In this document: positions 20,488 to 30,655 of the stretch, piece after piece
Layout: each line of letters opens with the position of its first letter
Numbering within the stretch: position 1 is the stretch's first letter
Made by a program: the position numbers and the translations under genes
Notes under the pieces: model-generated
Databases searched by the model: none
Told to the model about the DNA's origin: nothing
The model's input: only the letters and a program-made list of their open reading frames with translations
DNA from: Patescibacteria group bacterium
GTDB taxonomy: Bacteria > Patescibacteriota > Patescibacteriia > Patescibacteriales > UBA12075
DNA: 64,000 nt
NCBI GenBank assembly: GCA_018897195.1
Contig: JAHILH010000001.1
Span: 476,565 to 540,564, forward strand
Direction of reading: 5' to 3'

Positions 20488-20760
20488 CTAAAAAGCTGGC
20501 TCAGAAAAACTGAGCAGTTTGCGATCAGTAACTCCGAGATGATACTGCACTTTTGTTACCTGGTGTGGATCGCGATTCTGCTTTACTCTATCCAGTTTTC
20601 GCTTCAGGGCGATTTGTTGTTTCACTAGCGCCATAAATCGTCGTTGCGATCCGTTTAAGCCGTTACCTATATCCATGATCAATCCCTCTCCTATTAAATT
20701 TTGTTGCCTCTTTTTATTGCCAAAACCAGATAAATGTCCACGATCATGCATACTACCCAT
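20488..20760 (-). CDS. Small hypothetical protein
   Basis: 90-aa ORF with purine-rich RBS-like sites; the true start may be the internal MDIGNG. Confidence 0.55.
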   Translation of the reverse strand: MGSMHDRGHLSGFGNKKRQQNLIGEGLIMDIGNGLNGSQRRFMALVKQQIALKRKLDRVKQNRDPHQVTKVQYHLGVTDRKLLSFSEPAF

Positions 20761-20858
20761 CCCCTCCTATCTCATCTTTAAAAATTAAAAAAGCCCACAA
20801 AAGCTTAATAATCTTTTTACTTCATTAGCACCTCCTTTTTAGTTTAAAAGAACAATAT

Positions 20859-21032
20859 AAAACCACTCTTACTGGAGTGGTTTTGCGTCTAATCTTATTT
20901 TATCTCATTAACCACTCTTTCTAATCACGAAGAAACAAGCCCAACAATTGGACTTTCTTAATAACTAAGACTGTGAAAAATTTATTTCTCATATGGTTAC
21001 CTTTATTTTAATCTTATCTTAACTTTTGTCAA
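20859..21032 (-). promoter_or_regulatory. Candidate leader-peptide attenuator (promoter, 23-aa leader, antiterminator, terminator)
   Basis: TTGACA-N16-TAAAAT; ORF 20992-20921; GAGTGGTT after the stop complements the terminator 5' arm AACCACTC. Confidence 0.55.
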
Positions 21033-21110
21033 CGCAAAAATATTACCTAAATATAAACAAAAAACTGCTAAAAATTTCTTTTCAGCAGTTTTTTTGAAGT
21101 TTATCCACAA

Positions 21111-21713
21111 CTATTCCAAAATACCATCCAAGTTTACGTCATATAATATTTCATCTTGTGAGAATTTATAATCAAAGACTTCGTTGTCATTAAACCAGAT
21201 TTTGGTTTCTCTTTGTGCCTCAGCGACAGCATCTGAACAATGAATTAGATTACGCACAGCACGACCATCAACACCGGCAAGTGCATATGAATCTAAAGTG
21301 TAGTCGCCACGAATAGTGCCGATGTCAGCCGTCAACGGCTCTGTGCCACCAACTAACTTTGTTACCACGCCCACAGCTTGGTTGCCCTCCAAAACCATCG
21401 CCACTACTGGACCAGCAGTCATAAAGGTTGCCAATTGTCTAATAATATCTTTACCGTATTCAAGCGCTTCTTTTTCCACGGGCACACCAGCCGCCTCTCT
21501 GTCCTTAACAATGTTCTCGCCTTTCTTTTGAAACCAAGCGTCATCCTTATTATAATGACTAAAGCATTGCGCCTCAGTCGGCACAAACAATTTCATCGCT
21601 GCAATTTTCAAACCAGCTCTTTCAAATCGCTTGATAATTTCTCCCACTAATGATCGTTGCACGCCATCAGGCTTAATAATTACAAATGTTCTTTCTTTTT
21701 TTGGATGTTGCAT
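21111..21713 (-). CDS. ndk: Nucleoside-diphosphate kinase
   Basis: ERTFVIIKPDGVQR, GTIRGDY, NLIHCSD. Confidence 0.95.
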   Translation of the reverse strand: MQHPKKERTFVIIKPDGVQRSLVGEIIKRFERAGLKIAAMKLFVPTEAQCFSHYNKDDAWFQKKGENIVKDREAAGVPVEKEALEYGKDIIRQLATFMTAGPVVAMVLEGNQAVGVVTKLVGGTEPLTADIGTIRGDYTLDSYALAGVDGRAVRNLIHCSDAVAEAQRETKIWFNDNEVFDYKFSQDEILYDVNLDGILE

Positions 21714-21794
21714 AGATGTGTTTATCTAGTTCTAAAATAATTCAATGAATAATTTAATAGAATAGTTGTTGCTTATTATTATAAATTTAAAACT

Positions 21795-22157
21795 CTACTT
21801 CAAATACTTCTTTACTTCTGCACTAACCTCAGTTGGTGTCAAACTTGCTTTAACTAAATAACCATTAGCGCCCATTTCTTCACCCTTCTTTTTATCTTCC
21901 TCTGTTCCCAAATTGGTTAATAATATGATTGGCGTTTTTAATTTTTTATTTTTTCGAAAATCCTCCAAAACGGAAAATCCATCCAAACCTGGCATAATCA
22001 CATCCAAAAGAATTAAATCCGGCTTTTCTTGCTCCACCATTCCGATCGCCTCGATACCATTGGCCGCCAAAACAACTTCGTAACCATCTTGTGCGAGTTT
22101 AATTTTGTACATACCAGAAATCATTTCATCATCTTCTACTATTAATATTTTTGCCAT
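21795..22157 (-). CDS. Single-domain response regulator (receiver)
   Basis: VEDD, DLILLDVIMP, LTN, K. Confidence 0.92.
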   Translation of the reverse strand: MAKILIVEDDEMISGMYKIKLAQDGYEVVLAANGIEAIGMVEQEKPDLILLDVIMPGLDGFSVLEDFRKNKKLKTPIILLTNLGTEEDKKKGEEMGANGYLVKASLTPTEVSAEVKKYLK

Positions 22158-22265
22158 ACTTTTGTAAATTCAAATATAATTTTCTTAATAAAATTATTAT
22201 AGCATTATTTATTGATAAATCAAGGGCTACTTTCTTTTTTTTCTATGTCCTGCTAAAATCAGGGC

Positions 22266-24098
22266 ATGGAGAAATTTATTTTACATACCAATTTTAAACC
22301 AACTGGCGACCAGCCTAAGGCAATTAAAGACCTGACCACTGGCTTAAAAAATAAACTCAAAGAACAGACCTTATTAGGTGTCACTGGCAGTGGCAAGACT
22401 TTTACCATGGCCAATATTATTAACAACGTCCAAAGGCCGACTCTGATCATCTCCCACAATAAAACCCTCGCTGCTCAACTCTACGGCGAATTTAAACAAT
22501 TTTTTCCCAACAATGCTGTCCATTATTTTGTATCCTATTACGACTACTACCAACCAGAGGCCTATCTTCCCCAAACAGACACCTACATTGAAAAGGAGGC
22601 GACCATTAACGAAGAAATTGACCGCTTGCGCCACTCAGCCACGCAATCACTACTTAATCGTGATGACGTGATTATCATCGCCTCCGTATCTTGTATTTAC
22701 GGACTTGGCTCAAAGGAAGACTACCAATCACTTTGTGAAAAATTCCAACAAGGACAAAAAATCAAACGCAACGATATCCTGCGTAAATTGATCAAGATTC
22801 AATATGAACGCAATGACCTTACTTTTGCTCGCGGACAATTTCGCGTCAAGGGCGAAACGATTTTTATCCATCTCGCCACTGGTGAAGCGATTGTGCGCAT
22901 TTCCATGGCTGGTGATTGGATTGACGAAATTGCCCTATTTACCATCAAGCCGGATGTTAACAAGATTATTCAGGCTAATGATTTAAAAATACGCGATGGA
23001 AAAATCTTAAACGAAATCTCCATCCTTCCTGCTAAGCATTTCATGACTCCCGAAGAACGCATAAAAAAAGCCGTCAGTAATATTCGCGCTGAATTAGTTA
23101 AGCGATTAAAAATATTATACAAAGAAGAAAAAATAGTGGAAGCACAACGCCTAGAACGGAAAACCAATTATGATTTGGAAATGATTGAAGAGGTTGGCTA
23201 TTGCAATGGTATTGAAAATTATTCCCGCCACCTTACTGACCGTCCAGATGGCTCATCACCGGAAACTTTGATCGATTTTTTTCCCAAAGATTTTTTAATC
23301 ATGGTTGACGAATCCCATGTCACCATTCCTCAGATCCGCGGCATGCACGCAGGTGACCAATCCCGTAAACAAACTCTCATCGACTTTGGTTTTCGTCTCC
23401 CCTCAGCCAAAGATAATCGCCCACTTAATTTTGAAGAATTTAATGCCAAGGTCAATCAGATTATTTATGTTAGTGCTACCCCATCAGAATATGAGATCCA
23501 TCGCTCTGCCCAAATTGCCAAGCAAATCATCCGCCCTACCGGATTGCTCGACCCAGGCGTAGAAGTGCGACCAAATGAAGGCCAGATTGATGACCTGATT
23601 AAAGAGGTTCGAGCCGCGACGGCCAAGGGCCAAAGAACTCTCATCACCACTTTGACCAAAAAAATGTCAGAAGCTCTGACTGAACATTTGGCCGAGCAAG
23701 GTATCAAAGTGCAATATCTGCACAGCGATGTCGAGACTATGGAGCGCGTGGAAATCCTCCGTGATCTGCGCCAAGGTCGCTATGATGTTCTCGTTGGTAT
23801 TAATTTATTACGCGAAGGTCTCGATCTCCCAGAAGTTTCCCTCGTTATTATTATTGACGCCGACATCGGCGGCTTTCTCCGCCACGCCACTGCACTCATG
23901 CAAACCATGGGGCGCGCCGCGCGCCACTCCGAAGGTCGCGTTATTATGTATGCAGACAAAATGACCCCAGCAATGAAATATGCTATCACCGAAACCAAAC
24001 GTCGTCGCAAAATTCAAGAAGCCTATAATTTGAAGAATAATATTACGCCGACGACAACCAAGGCTGGTCTTCACGAGAGTATTACGCAGTATAATTAA
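22266..24098 (+). CDS. uvrB: Excinuclease ABC subunit B
   Basis: [27 protein letters not shown]. Confidence 0.97.
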   Translation: MEKFILHTNFKPTGDQPKAIKDLTTGLKNKLKEQTLLGVTGSGKTFTMANIINNVQRPTLIISHNKTLAAQLYGEFKQFFPNNAVHYFVSYYDYYQPEAYLPQTDTYIEKEATINEEIDRLRHSATQSLLNRDDVIIIASVSCIYGLGSKEDYQSLCEKFQQGQKIKRNDILRKLIKIQYERNDLTFARGQFRVKGETIFIHLATGEAIVRISMAGDWIDEIALFTIKPDVNKIIQANDLKIRDGKILNEISILPAKHFMTPEERIKKAVSNIRAELVKRLKILYKEEKIVEAQRLERKTNYDLEMIEEVGYCNGIENYSRHLTDRPDGSSPETLIDFFPKDFLIMVDESHVTIPQIRGMHAGDQSRKQTLIDFGFRLPSAKDNRPLNFEEFNAKVNQIIYVSATPSEYEIHRSAQIAKQIIRPTGLLDPGVEVRPNEGQIDDLIKEVRAATAKGQRTLITTLTKKMSEALTEHLAEQGIKVQYLHSDVETMERVEILRDLRQGRYDVLVGINLLREGLDLPEVSLVIIIDADIGGFLRHATALMQTMGRAARHSEGRVIMYADKMTPAMKYAITETKRRRKIQEAYNLKNNITPTTTKAGLHESITQYN

Positions 24099-24111
24099 AA
24101 AAGAAGACTAT

Positions 24112-24896
24112 TGTTGGCTCCATAGTCCCCCGCGTGGGCTGTGGAGCCTTAGTGCAATTAAATTATTTTCCGTTTTATTTAATTGTAAATTTAACTTGTG
24201 TTATAACAAAAACCTTTAACTATCTAATTTAATCAAACTATTATCATTTAATACTCGATTCCGCGCCGAAGAATACAACCAATCTTCAGACATACTCACA
24301 AAGCCTCTCTTGACGGGATTATTATGTATATAATTCAATTTTTGATTATAAAATATTTCCGTAGTCATCACTTCTGGATAATTTTCTCTTTGCCATATTT
24401 GATTTTCATAACCCTCTTTTTTCCTAAAACTATTATCTAACAAATTTTTTATATATTTTCTATTATCAGTTTTTAATAATTTCAAAATCTCCCTAGTTGT
24501 GTGTTTTTTAAAATCACTAACTATCTGTGACAATTTAACCCCGTCCATTGCTCGACATATCATATGGATATGGTTTGTCATTATTACATACTCAAACAAC
24601 AATAGTCCTTTATTTTTTTGACAATATTTTAAACTATCAATAATTACATCAAAATATTCTGTCTTTGTAAATATATCTATCCACTCAATTGTAGTGATAG
24701 TTATAAAATGTGTATCGTCTTCATTTTCTATATTAATTCTAAGGGTTGGCATAATATTATTTAATAATTACAATATTGTTGGCTCCATGCAACCGCGTCC
24801 CGGTGGAGCCGAACTGCAATTACTTAAATTACAATGATGAAATATTTAATAATTGCACTAAGGCTCCACAGCCCTAACGGGACTATGGAGCCAACA
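24112..24896. mobile_element. REPtron: RAYT gene flanked by GTTG-type REP hairpins (24112-24160, 24777-24822, inverted 24850-24896)
   Basis: TGTTGGCTCCATAGTCCC..GGGCTGTGGAGCCTTAGTGCAATTA appears on both sides in inverted orientation. Confidence 0.85.
24216..24752 (-). CDS. REP-associated tyrosine transposase (RAYT, Y1 HUH)
   Basis: HFITIT, YVIMTNHIH (HUH), WQR, YIHNNPVKRG, WLYSSA. Confidence 0.92.
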   Translation of the reverse strand: MPTLRINIENEDDTHFITITTIEWIDIFTKTEYFDVIIDSLKYCQKNKGLLLFEYVIMTNHIHMICRAMDGVKLSQIVSDFKKHTTREILKLLKTDNRKYIKNLLDNSFRKKEGYENQIWQRENYPEVMTTEIFYNQKLNYIHNNPVKRGFVSMSEDWLYSSARNRVLNDNSLIKLDS

Positions 24897-24901
24897 GCTG
24901 A

Positions 24902-26275
24902 TTATCTTTTTAAAAATCTCTTTGCTCTTATTCCTCGGTGATATTCAATCGCAAACCGATGCGCCTCATCGCGGACACGTTTGATGAGGTGCAAGGCTGG
25001 AGACGCCAAAGGTAATTCTAGTGGTTTTTTTTCACCAGGGAAAAATATTTTGTCTGGTGCATTCGCCCCTCGCAAACCATCACCCTTTGAAATCGCAATC
25101 ACAGGAATATCTAATTTATGTTTTTTCAAAATCCGCACTAATACACCCAACTGCGCTTTGCCACCATCCACGATAAGAAGGTCAGGATTCTCCCAAATGT
25201 CCTTATCTTTAATAATTTTCCCCTCACCCCGACCCTCTCCCGCCGGGGCGAGGGAGCTATCTATTTGATATTCGTGATCAAAATGTTTCATGCGTCTCTC
25301 CAAGACTTCTTCCAACATCCAGACATCGCCCTCCAAATCCAAATCTTTTATTTTAAATTTTCGATATTCATTCTTGTCCGGCTCACCATCTTTGAAAACA
25401 ACCATTGACCCCACTGCCTCTTTGCCTTGTAGATTAGAAATATCATAACCTTCAATTCGATTAGGAACCCGTGACAACCCCAAAGTCTTGGCCAATTCCA
25501 CCACATCGCCGGCATACTTATCCGCTAAGCTCAGAACTTTAGAATGATCCAAAACATTATTAATATTTTTTAGTTCGTATTTCAATTTACCTAATTCATT
25601 TTGAACTTGTTCATCTGTGTTATCGCCTTTTTTTAATTCTTTCTCGAGTTTCGTAATTCGTAATTCGTAATTTTTTATCAAGACAGACCTACCTCCATCC
25701 AAAAATAAAACAATCTGCTTTATAGTCTTGGCATATTCCTGTTTCGAAACCAAGCTCTCACAAACACCTTGGCATTTTCCAAGACGATAATACAAACAAG
25801 CGCGCTTAGGCATATTTTTACATGAACGATATGGCCAAATTTTTCTCAAGGCTTTCAAGGTTTCGCGTACTGCTTCGGTGCTCACAAAAGGCCCAAAATA
25901 TTTTCCCTTCTTATCCAAATTCCGTGTCATAAAAATCCGCGGATATTCATCCTCGGTCGAAACTTCGATATAAATATAACGTTTGTCGTCGCGCATGACC
26001 ACATTATACTCCGGTTGAAATTTCTTGATTAAATTCGCCTCCAGTAACAAAGCCTCAATCTCGCTCTCAACCTCAATCCATTCAATACTCGCCACCTTCT
26101 TTAACATCGAATACTTCGCCGGCGTATGGCTCGTCGCCTCGCGCCAATACGAAAGCACTCGACTGCGCAGGTCAACTGCTTTGCCGATATAAATAATCTT
26201 CCCGCTCGCATCTTTGAACTGATACGAACCGGGAGTTTTGGGAATATCTAGATTTTTAACTTGTTCCAAATTCAT
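24902..26275 (-). CDS. uvrC: Excinuclease ABC subunit C (short form, no C-terminal HhH)
   Basis: GIY-YIG N-terminus (YIGKAVDLRSRV), Cys cluster, RIEGYDISN, DGGKAQL, RDEAHRFA. Confidence 0.92.
   Translation of the reverse strand: MNLEQVKNLDIPKTPGSYQFKDASGKIIYIGKAVDLRSRVLSYWREATSHTPAKYSMLKKVASIEWIEVESEIEALLLEANLIKKFQPEYNVVMRDDKRYIYIEVSTEDEYPRIFMTRNLDKKGKYFGPFVSTEAVRETLKALRKIWPYRSCKNMPKRACLYYRLGKCQGVCESLVSKQEYAKTIKQIVLFLDGGRSVLIKNYELRITKLEKELKKGDNTDEQVQNELGKLKYELKNINNVLDHSKVLSLADKYAGDVVELAKTLGLSRVPNRIEGYDISNLQGKEAVGSMVVFKDGEPDKNEYRKFKIKDLDLEGDVWMLEEVLERRMKHFDHEYQIDSSLAPAGEGRGEGKIIKDKDIWENPDLLIVDGGKAQLGVLVRILKKHKLDIPVIAISKGDGLRGANAPDKIFFPGEKKPLELPLASPALHLIKRVRDEAHRFAIEYHRGIRAKRFLKR
25220..25256. 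repeat. Family A repeat in frame within uvrC
   Basis: Encodes SLAPAGEGRGEG. Confidence 0.9.
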
Positions 26276-26340
26276 AAAATATATAAAAGAACTAAGCCAT
26301 AAAGCTTAGTTCTTTTATTTCAAGGTATCTTCAATTAAGC

Positions 26341-26514
26341 TTAGGCAATAGTAATTGCTTGTACAGGACAAGAAGCAGCCGCATTTTCCGCACAGGCAAC
26401 ATCATCCTGACTAATAACATGTGACTTGCCTTCTTCGTTCATGTCAAAAACACTTGGGCAAAGAGCTACGCAGGCACCGCAACCGATGCAACCATTTTGA
26501 TCTACTGTAATCAT
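26341..26514 (-). CDS. Ferredoxin (single cluster, 57 aa)
   Basis: Hand-translated: MITVDQNGCIGCGACVALCPSVFDM...CAENAAASCPVQAITIA; below the ORF-track cutoff. Confidence 0.92.
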   Translation of the reverse strand: MITVDQNGCIGCGACVALCPSVFDMNEEGKSHVISQDDVACAENAAASCPVQAITIA

Positions 26515-26691
26515 AGTTTTATCTGAATAAAAGTAAAGATTTAATAAAAACCTAATTAAAATTTATTCAACTTATATATTTAATAATTAGTAAGCATTAT
26601 ATGGATTATTATATCAGATTTTATCTCCTGTGCAAGTTTTAGTAATTATTCACAATTTTAAGCTGATTTTATGCTATTAACTATTTATAAA

Positions 26692-28896
26692 TTATTTCTT
26701 AACCATGCGTGCTTTTTTCACATATGGCACCTCAAAATAAAACCGACTACCCACTCCTTTCCCGGCACTTTCTGCCCAAATCCTGCCACGATGCGCCTCA
26801 ATCATTTTTTTAGCCACAAAGAGACCCAGTCCGGTCCCATTGGCATTAATTAACGATGACCCAGAACCACGCGAAAATTTCTTAAAAAGATTAGGTAGAT
26901 CATCTGACTTAATACCAACACCAGAGTCGGAAACACAGAATAAGATATTATCTTTTTGTTTTTTTAAACTTACAACAACTTTACCGCTTGATGTATACTT
27001 AATAGAATTATCAATTAAATTCATTATCACCTGCCTCATTTTTGTCTCGTCCAGATTCACTAATGGTAATTTGGCTACAGATTTGATAAACTCAAATTTT
27101 AATTTTTTTTCTTTTGCATTTATGCTCAACTCATCATAAACACTTGCCACCAAGTCTTGTAATTGTTTCTCTTCAAAAGTAAATTGTAAACGTCCAGATT
27201 CAATACGAGAAACATTTAACAGATTTTCAACCAAATCAATTATGCGTTCGTTTGATTTATAAACTTTTTCCAAAGAATCCTTTTCACCTGGAGTTAAAAC
27301 ACCAAAATTACCCTCCAAAATCATGGAAATGTAACCCTTAATAATACTTAACGGGGTGCGCAATTGGTGTGAGGCAATCGAGATAAATTCACTCTTGGCC
27401 TGATCCAACTGCCTCAGTTTTTCATTAGCCTCTATTAATTCCCTCGTCTGCTTTGCCACCTCCCTTTTAAGTTTATCATTAAAGTTTAAAGTCTCTTGAT
27501 ACAAGAGAGCATTTTCTAAGGAAATTGCCACCTGCGCTCCAATCACCTTTAAAACATAAATATCCTCATTGTCATACAAATCTCCGGACTCTTTGGCGGA
27601 TAAAGCAATTATCCCGAGATTACGATCCTTGACAATTAATGGCACCAAAAGCTCTATTCCCATTGCTTGCCAATATTCAATATCTTTTTTATATTTTTCT
27701 AATTCTTTATTTTTTAAGTCATCAACAATAATGGGAAGATTTTTTTGCAAATAACCATCGCATAAAGGTTCAGAAATTTTCATACCCTCATATCGATAAT
27801 TTTTATTACCGGGTAAGCGCAAAAAATTCTCATCGCCATCATTATTATTATACTGCACAAAATACTCCCCCTTCTTCTCATTATAAATCAACACTCCCAA
27901 GGCCTTAACATGAAAGGAATTAATCAAGGCTTGTGAAATGAACCGATACATTTTGTCCACCTCAATAGTTGAGCGCAACTGCTCGCTAATTTGCGAAATC
28001 ACTTCACGTGTATCATAAAGTGAAGAAAAAAAATATTCATTAGCCAGCTTTGAGAACTTTTTACGAATAAAAGGAAAAATAGAAATAGCAATTACTATCA
28101 AAAAAATATGGCTAAAGCTGGAAAATTTACCTAATTGCCTAGGATATAAATATTGCAACAATGCCGCTGGCACAACAATCACTAAAAGAGAAAGAAAATA
28201 AACCGAATATTTTCGCAGTACAACCTTAATGTCCATTAAACGATGAACAACAATGGCATAAGCCGTCAAAATAACATATGATGACGCAAAAATATTCCCA
28301 TAAGGCGGAAAATTTATATTATACCAGAGAAAATAATTAGTCGCTCCGCCCACATATGTTAAAATCATACCAACTACTAAATATTTAATTTGCGCTTTTC
28401 GAACACCTGTTGTTTTCCTCATATTCGTCATTAGCAAATATGAGGAATAAATTGCATAGCCAAAAAAATACACCAAATAATAATGATATATCACCCCCGG
28501 CACTGCCCAAAATTTCATAGAAAATTTTGGCACCATATCACTAATAAACAGTGGTGAAAAAACAAAAAAGGCAAAAAATGTCGCCATTAAATAACCAATA
28601 TAAATAACTTTTTTTATTTTTTCTTTAACGTCTAACCAAGTTGCGACAAAATTTAAATAAAAGACTGAAGTGTAGATAGCACCGATATGGAGTATCTGAA
28701 ACCAAAATAAAGTCATCTCCCTTGTTTTAGCTATCGGCCACATCGCATAAGGAAACGACCAAAGGGCGACGGATACACAAAAGATTACAAAAGAAGTATT
28801 GATTGGATTTTTACTATTTTTACTAAAAACTAAAAAACCAAGAAGAGTGCTGGCCAGCGCATTAAACAGACCACTTAGAGAAAAATATAATTCCAT
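26692..28896 (-). CDS. Sensor histidine kinase (N-terminal multi-TM, GAF, HisKA, HATPase)
   Basis: SHQLRTPL, NLIDNSIKY, DSGVG, GTGLGL. Confidence 0.93.
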   Translation of the reverse strand: MELYFSLSGLFNALASTLLGFLVFSKNSKNPINTSFVIFCVSVALWSFPYAMWPIAKTREMTLFWFQILHIGAIYTSVFYLNFVATWLDVKEKIKKVIYIGYLMATFFAFFVFSPLFISDMVPKFSMKFWAVPGVIYHYYLVYFFGYAIYSSYLLMTNMRKTTGVRKAQIKYLVVGMILTYVGGATNYFLWYNINFPPYGNIFASSYVILTAYAIVVHRLMDIKVVLRKYSVYFLSLLVIVVPAALLQYLYPRQLGKFSSFSHIFLIVIAISIFPFIRKKFSKLANEYFFSSLYDTREVISQISEQLRSTIEVDKMYRFISQALINSFHVKALGVLIYNEKKGEYFVQYNNNDGDENFLRLPGNKNYRYEGMKISEPLCDGYLQKNLPIIVDDLKNKELEKYKKDIEYWQAMGIELLVPLIVKDRNLGIIALSAKESGDLYDNEDIYVLKVIGAQVAISLENALLYQETLNFNDKLKREVAKQTRELIEANEKLRQLDQAKSEFISIASHQLRTPLSIIKGYISMILEGNFGVLTPGEKDSLEKVYKSNERIIDLVENLLNVSRIESGRLQFTFEEKQLQDLVASVYDELSINAKEKKLKFEFIKSVAKLPLVNLDETKMRQVIMNLIDNSIKYTSSGKVVVSLKKQKDNILFCVSDSGVGIKSDDLPNLFKKFSRGSGSSLINANGTGLGLFVAKKMIEAHRGRIWAESAGKGVGSRFYFEVPYVKKARMVKK

Positions 28897-28970
28897 AAAT
28901 AAAAAATCCCTAAATTATTATTACATTTATTGTAACATAATTCAGGGATTTAAACAAAACTTGTTCGAGG

Positions 28971-29939
28971 CTACTGCACACAACCAATGCCAATCTCGTA
29001 ACAACGAGTTGGCTGTTCTTGTACATAACCTTCATACATATAACCAGCACCCTCATAAGCATCTTGAACGATGCCAATAGGAGGATGTTGCAAAATCCAG
29101 CCCGCCACCTCGCGCAGAATGTACGAGCACAGCAGATCCAGATCAAGCATGCGATCCAGCAAACCAGCGCCAATAACACGAGCACCAGGCCTAAAATACG
29201 GCTTGACGAGTTTCAACAGCCCCGTGCGTTCTTGCGTGTTCAGGCCACACAGGACACCGATAATCAAACCGTAATCAACTGTGCCCTTGTAATCACGATG
29301 CAACCTCGCCATACTCTTGGCAACGAACTTAATATTCTTCAATCCGTGTTGTTCGACCAATTTTTGACCATAACTAATCGCCTCCGGGTCAGTGTCGATA
29401 CAGTGGAATTCCACGCGGTCGGCAAAGTCCGGATTGCTCAGGGTGACATCAATGCAATTTCGACCAGGACCAGAGCCCAGATCGAGAACAAGACATTTTT
29501 CTTGTTGCTTTAATATCTCCCTTACATGTTGCACCATCATCTCGTTGACGAGGTTATAACGACTTTTCAAAGAAATCCCACCGGGACCACTCTTGGAAAA
29601 AAACACATCTACGGGATGTGTAACATCCTCGAATTGATACATCTTCTCGAGCATTGTAAAAGTTCCCGGATACTCAGCCAAGGCAGGGATGATGGTGCTA
29701 TTCTGCTTAAAGAAATCAATCACCGCCACGCCTCCGTTGGCAACCAATGGTTTACCAGCCAAAAAGGAACGCACAAGCTCTGTACGAATTTCAGAGGGCA
29801 AGGCATGCAACAAAGTTTTTGCATGCCTTGTTTCGAGATATTTTTTTTTCTCACTTTCCGGCAATTGATACCTCTTCATCAGATTAGCATCAAAAACCGC
29901 CCTACCAGCCATCGCATTTTCACCTCTACTCATCGCCAT
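28971..29939 (-). CDS. Class I SAM-dependent methyltransferase
   Basis: VLDLGSGPG, CIDTDPEAI. Confidence 0.8.
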   Translation of the reverse strand: MAMSRGENAMAGRAVFDANLMKRYQLPESEKKKYLETRHAKTLLHALPSEIRTELVRSFLAGKPLVANGGVAVIDFFKQNSTIIPALAEYPGTFTMLEKMYQFEDVTHPVDVFFSKSGPGGISLKSRYNLVNEMMVQHVREILKQQEKCLVLDLGSGPGRNCIDVTLSNPDFADRVEFHCIDTDPEAISYGQKLVEQHGLKNIKFVAKSMARLHRDYKGTVDYGLIIGVLCGLNTQERTGLLKLVKPYFRPGARVIGAGLLDRMLDLDLLCSYILREVAGWILQHPPIGIVQDAYEGAGYMYEGYVQEQPTRCYEIGIGCVQ

Positions 29940-30140
29940 TCTCCTTTTATGGTTATTTTACTTGTATATTTATTTAAAAGACCGAGTACTAAACAGCGTC
30001 AACGTCAACGATATTTATATATTTAAGAAACTATTTTCCTAAATATGCTTTTCAATATAGCACAAAATCAACAAAATGTCAATTTGTGTAATAAAATAAG
30101 CCAATATTAAATAAAATGGATAACAAATAAATAAGTGATT

Positions 30141-30596
30141 TTATTGAGAAATAATTTCCGTTGATGACGAGATTTGATCGATGTTTTTTAGTGTCTCAGG
30201 ACTTGAAGAGGCTGTTTCAAGACTATTAGTAGAGCTTGCCACCACTGGCTTTATTGCTTGAGTAGAAGTCGCCGTTGTCGTGGCTATAATTGTAGTTTCT
30301 TTGCTAGTTGTTGCTTCTATTTTTTCTTCACCAGTCGGTATCACCATTTTTCTATTTAACAAATCCTTATCAATCACAATCCCTGATCTTTCTGTACTTG
30401 TTGAATTATTACCAACACCACTCTCATCTAAATAAGCAGCATCACTGCCAGCTTGAGAATCACTATTTTGCGTATTATTCATTTGTCCCTGATCGCTGCC
30501 ACTACCAACACCCATCCCGCCTATCCCCCACAAACCCAGATAACCAACACCGATTAATAATAAAATTAAAATTAAAATCATAATTGTTTTTTTCAT
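30141..30596 (-). CDS. Hypothetical membrane-anchored Ser/Thr-rich protein
   Basis: N-terminal TM, low-complexity tail. Confidence 0.65.
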   Translation of the reverse strand: MKKTIMILILILLLIGVGYLGLWGIGGMGVGSGSDQGQMNNTQNSDSQAGSDAAYLDESGVGNNSTSTERSGIVIDKDLLNRKMVIPTGEEKIEATTSKETTIIATTTATSTQAIKPVVASSTNSLETASSSPETLKNIDQISSSTEIISQ

Positions 30597-30655
30597 ATTC
30601 AAGATATATCAATAGACACTAACGCAATTTGCCGTAGCAGATTATGCCTTAATAT

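Noticed and set aside
21101..21109. DnaA box TTATCCACA (another near 49724)
   Set aside because: Isolated boxes with no cluster or dnaA gene; not an origin
28971..29939. Methyltransferase as the missing CheR
   Set aside because: No CheR motifs (SAGCSTGEE, CRN) and 11 kb from the cluster
29019..30026. Plus-strand ORFs of 164 and 166 aa and other antisense ORFs
   Set aside because: Shadow frames of well-supported opposite-strand genes
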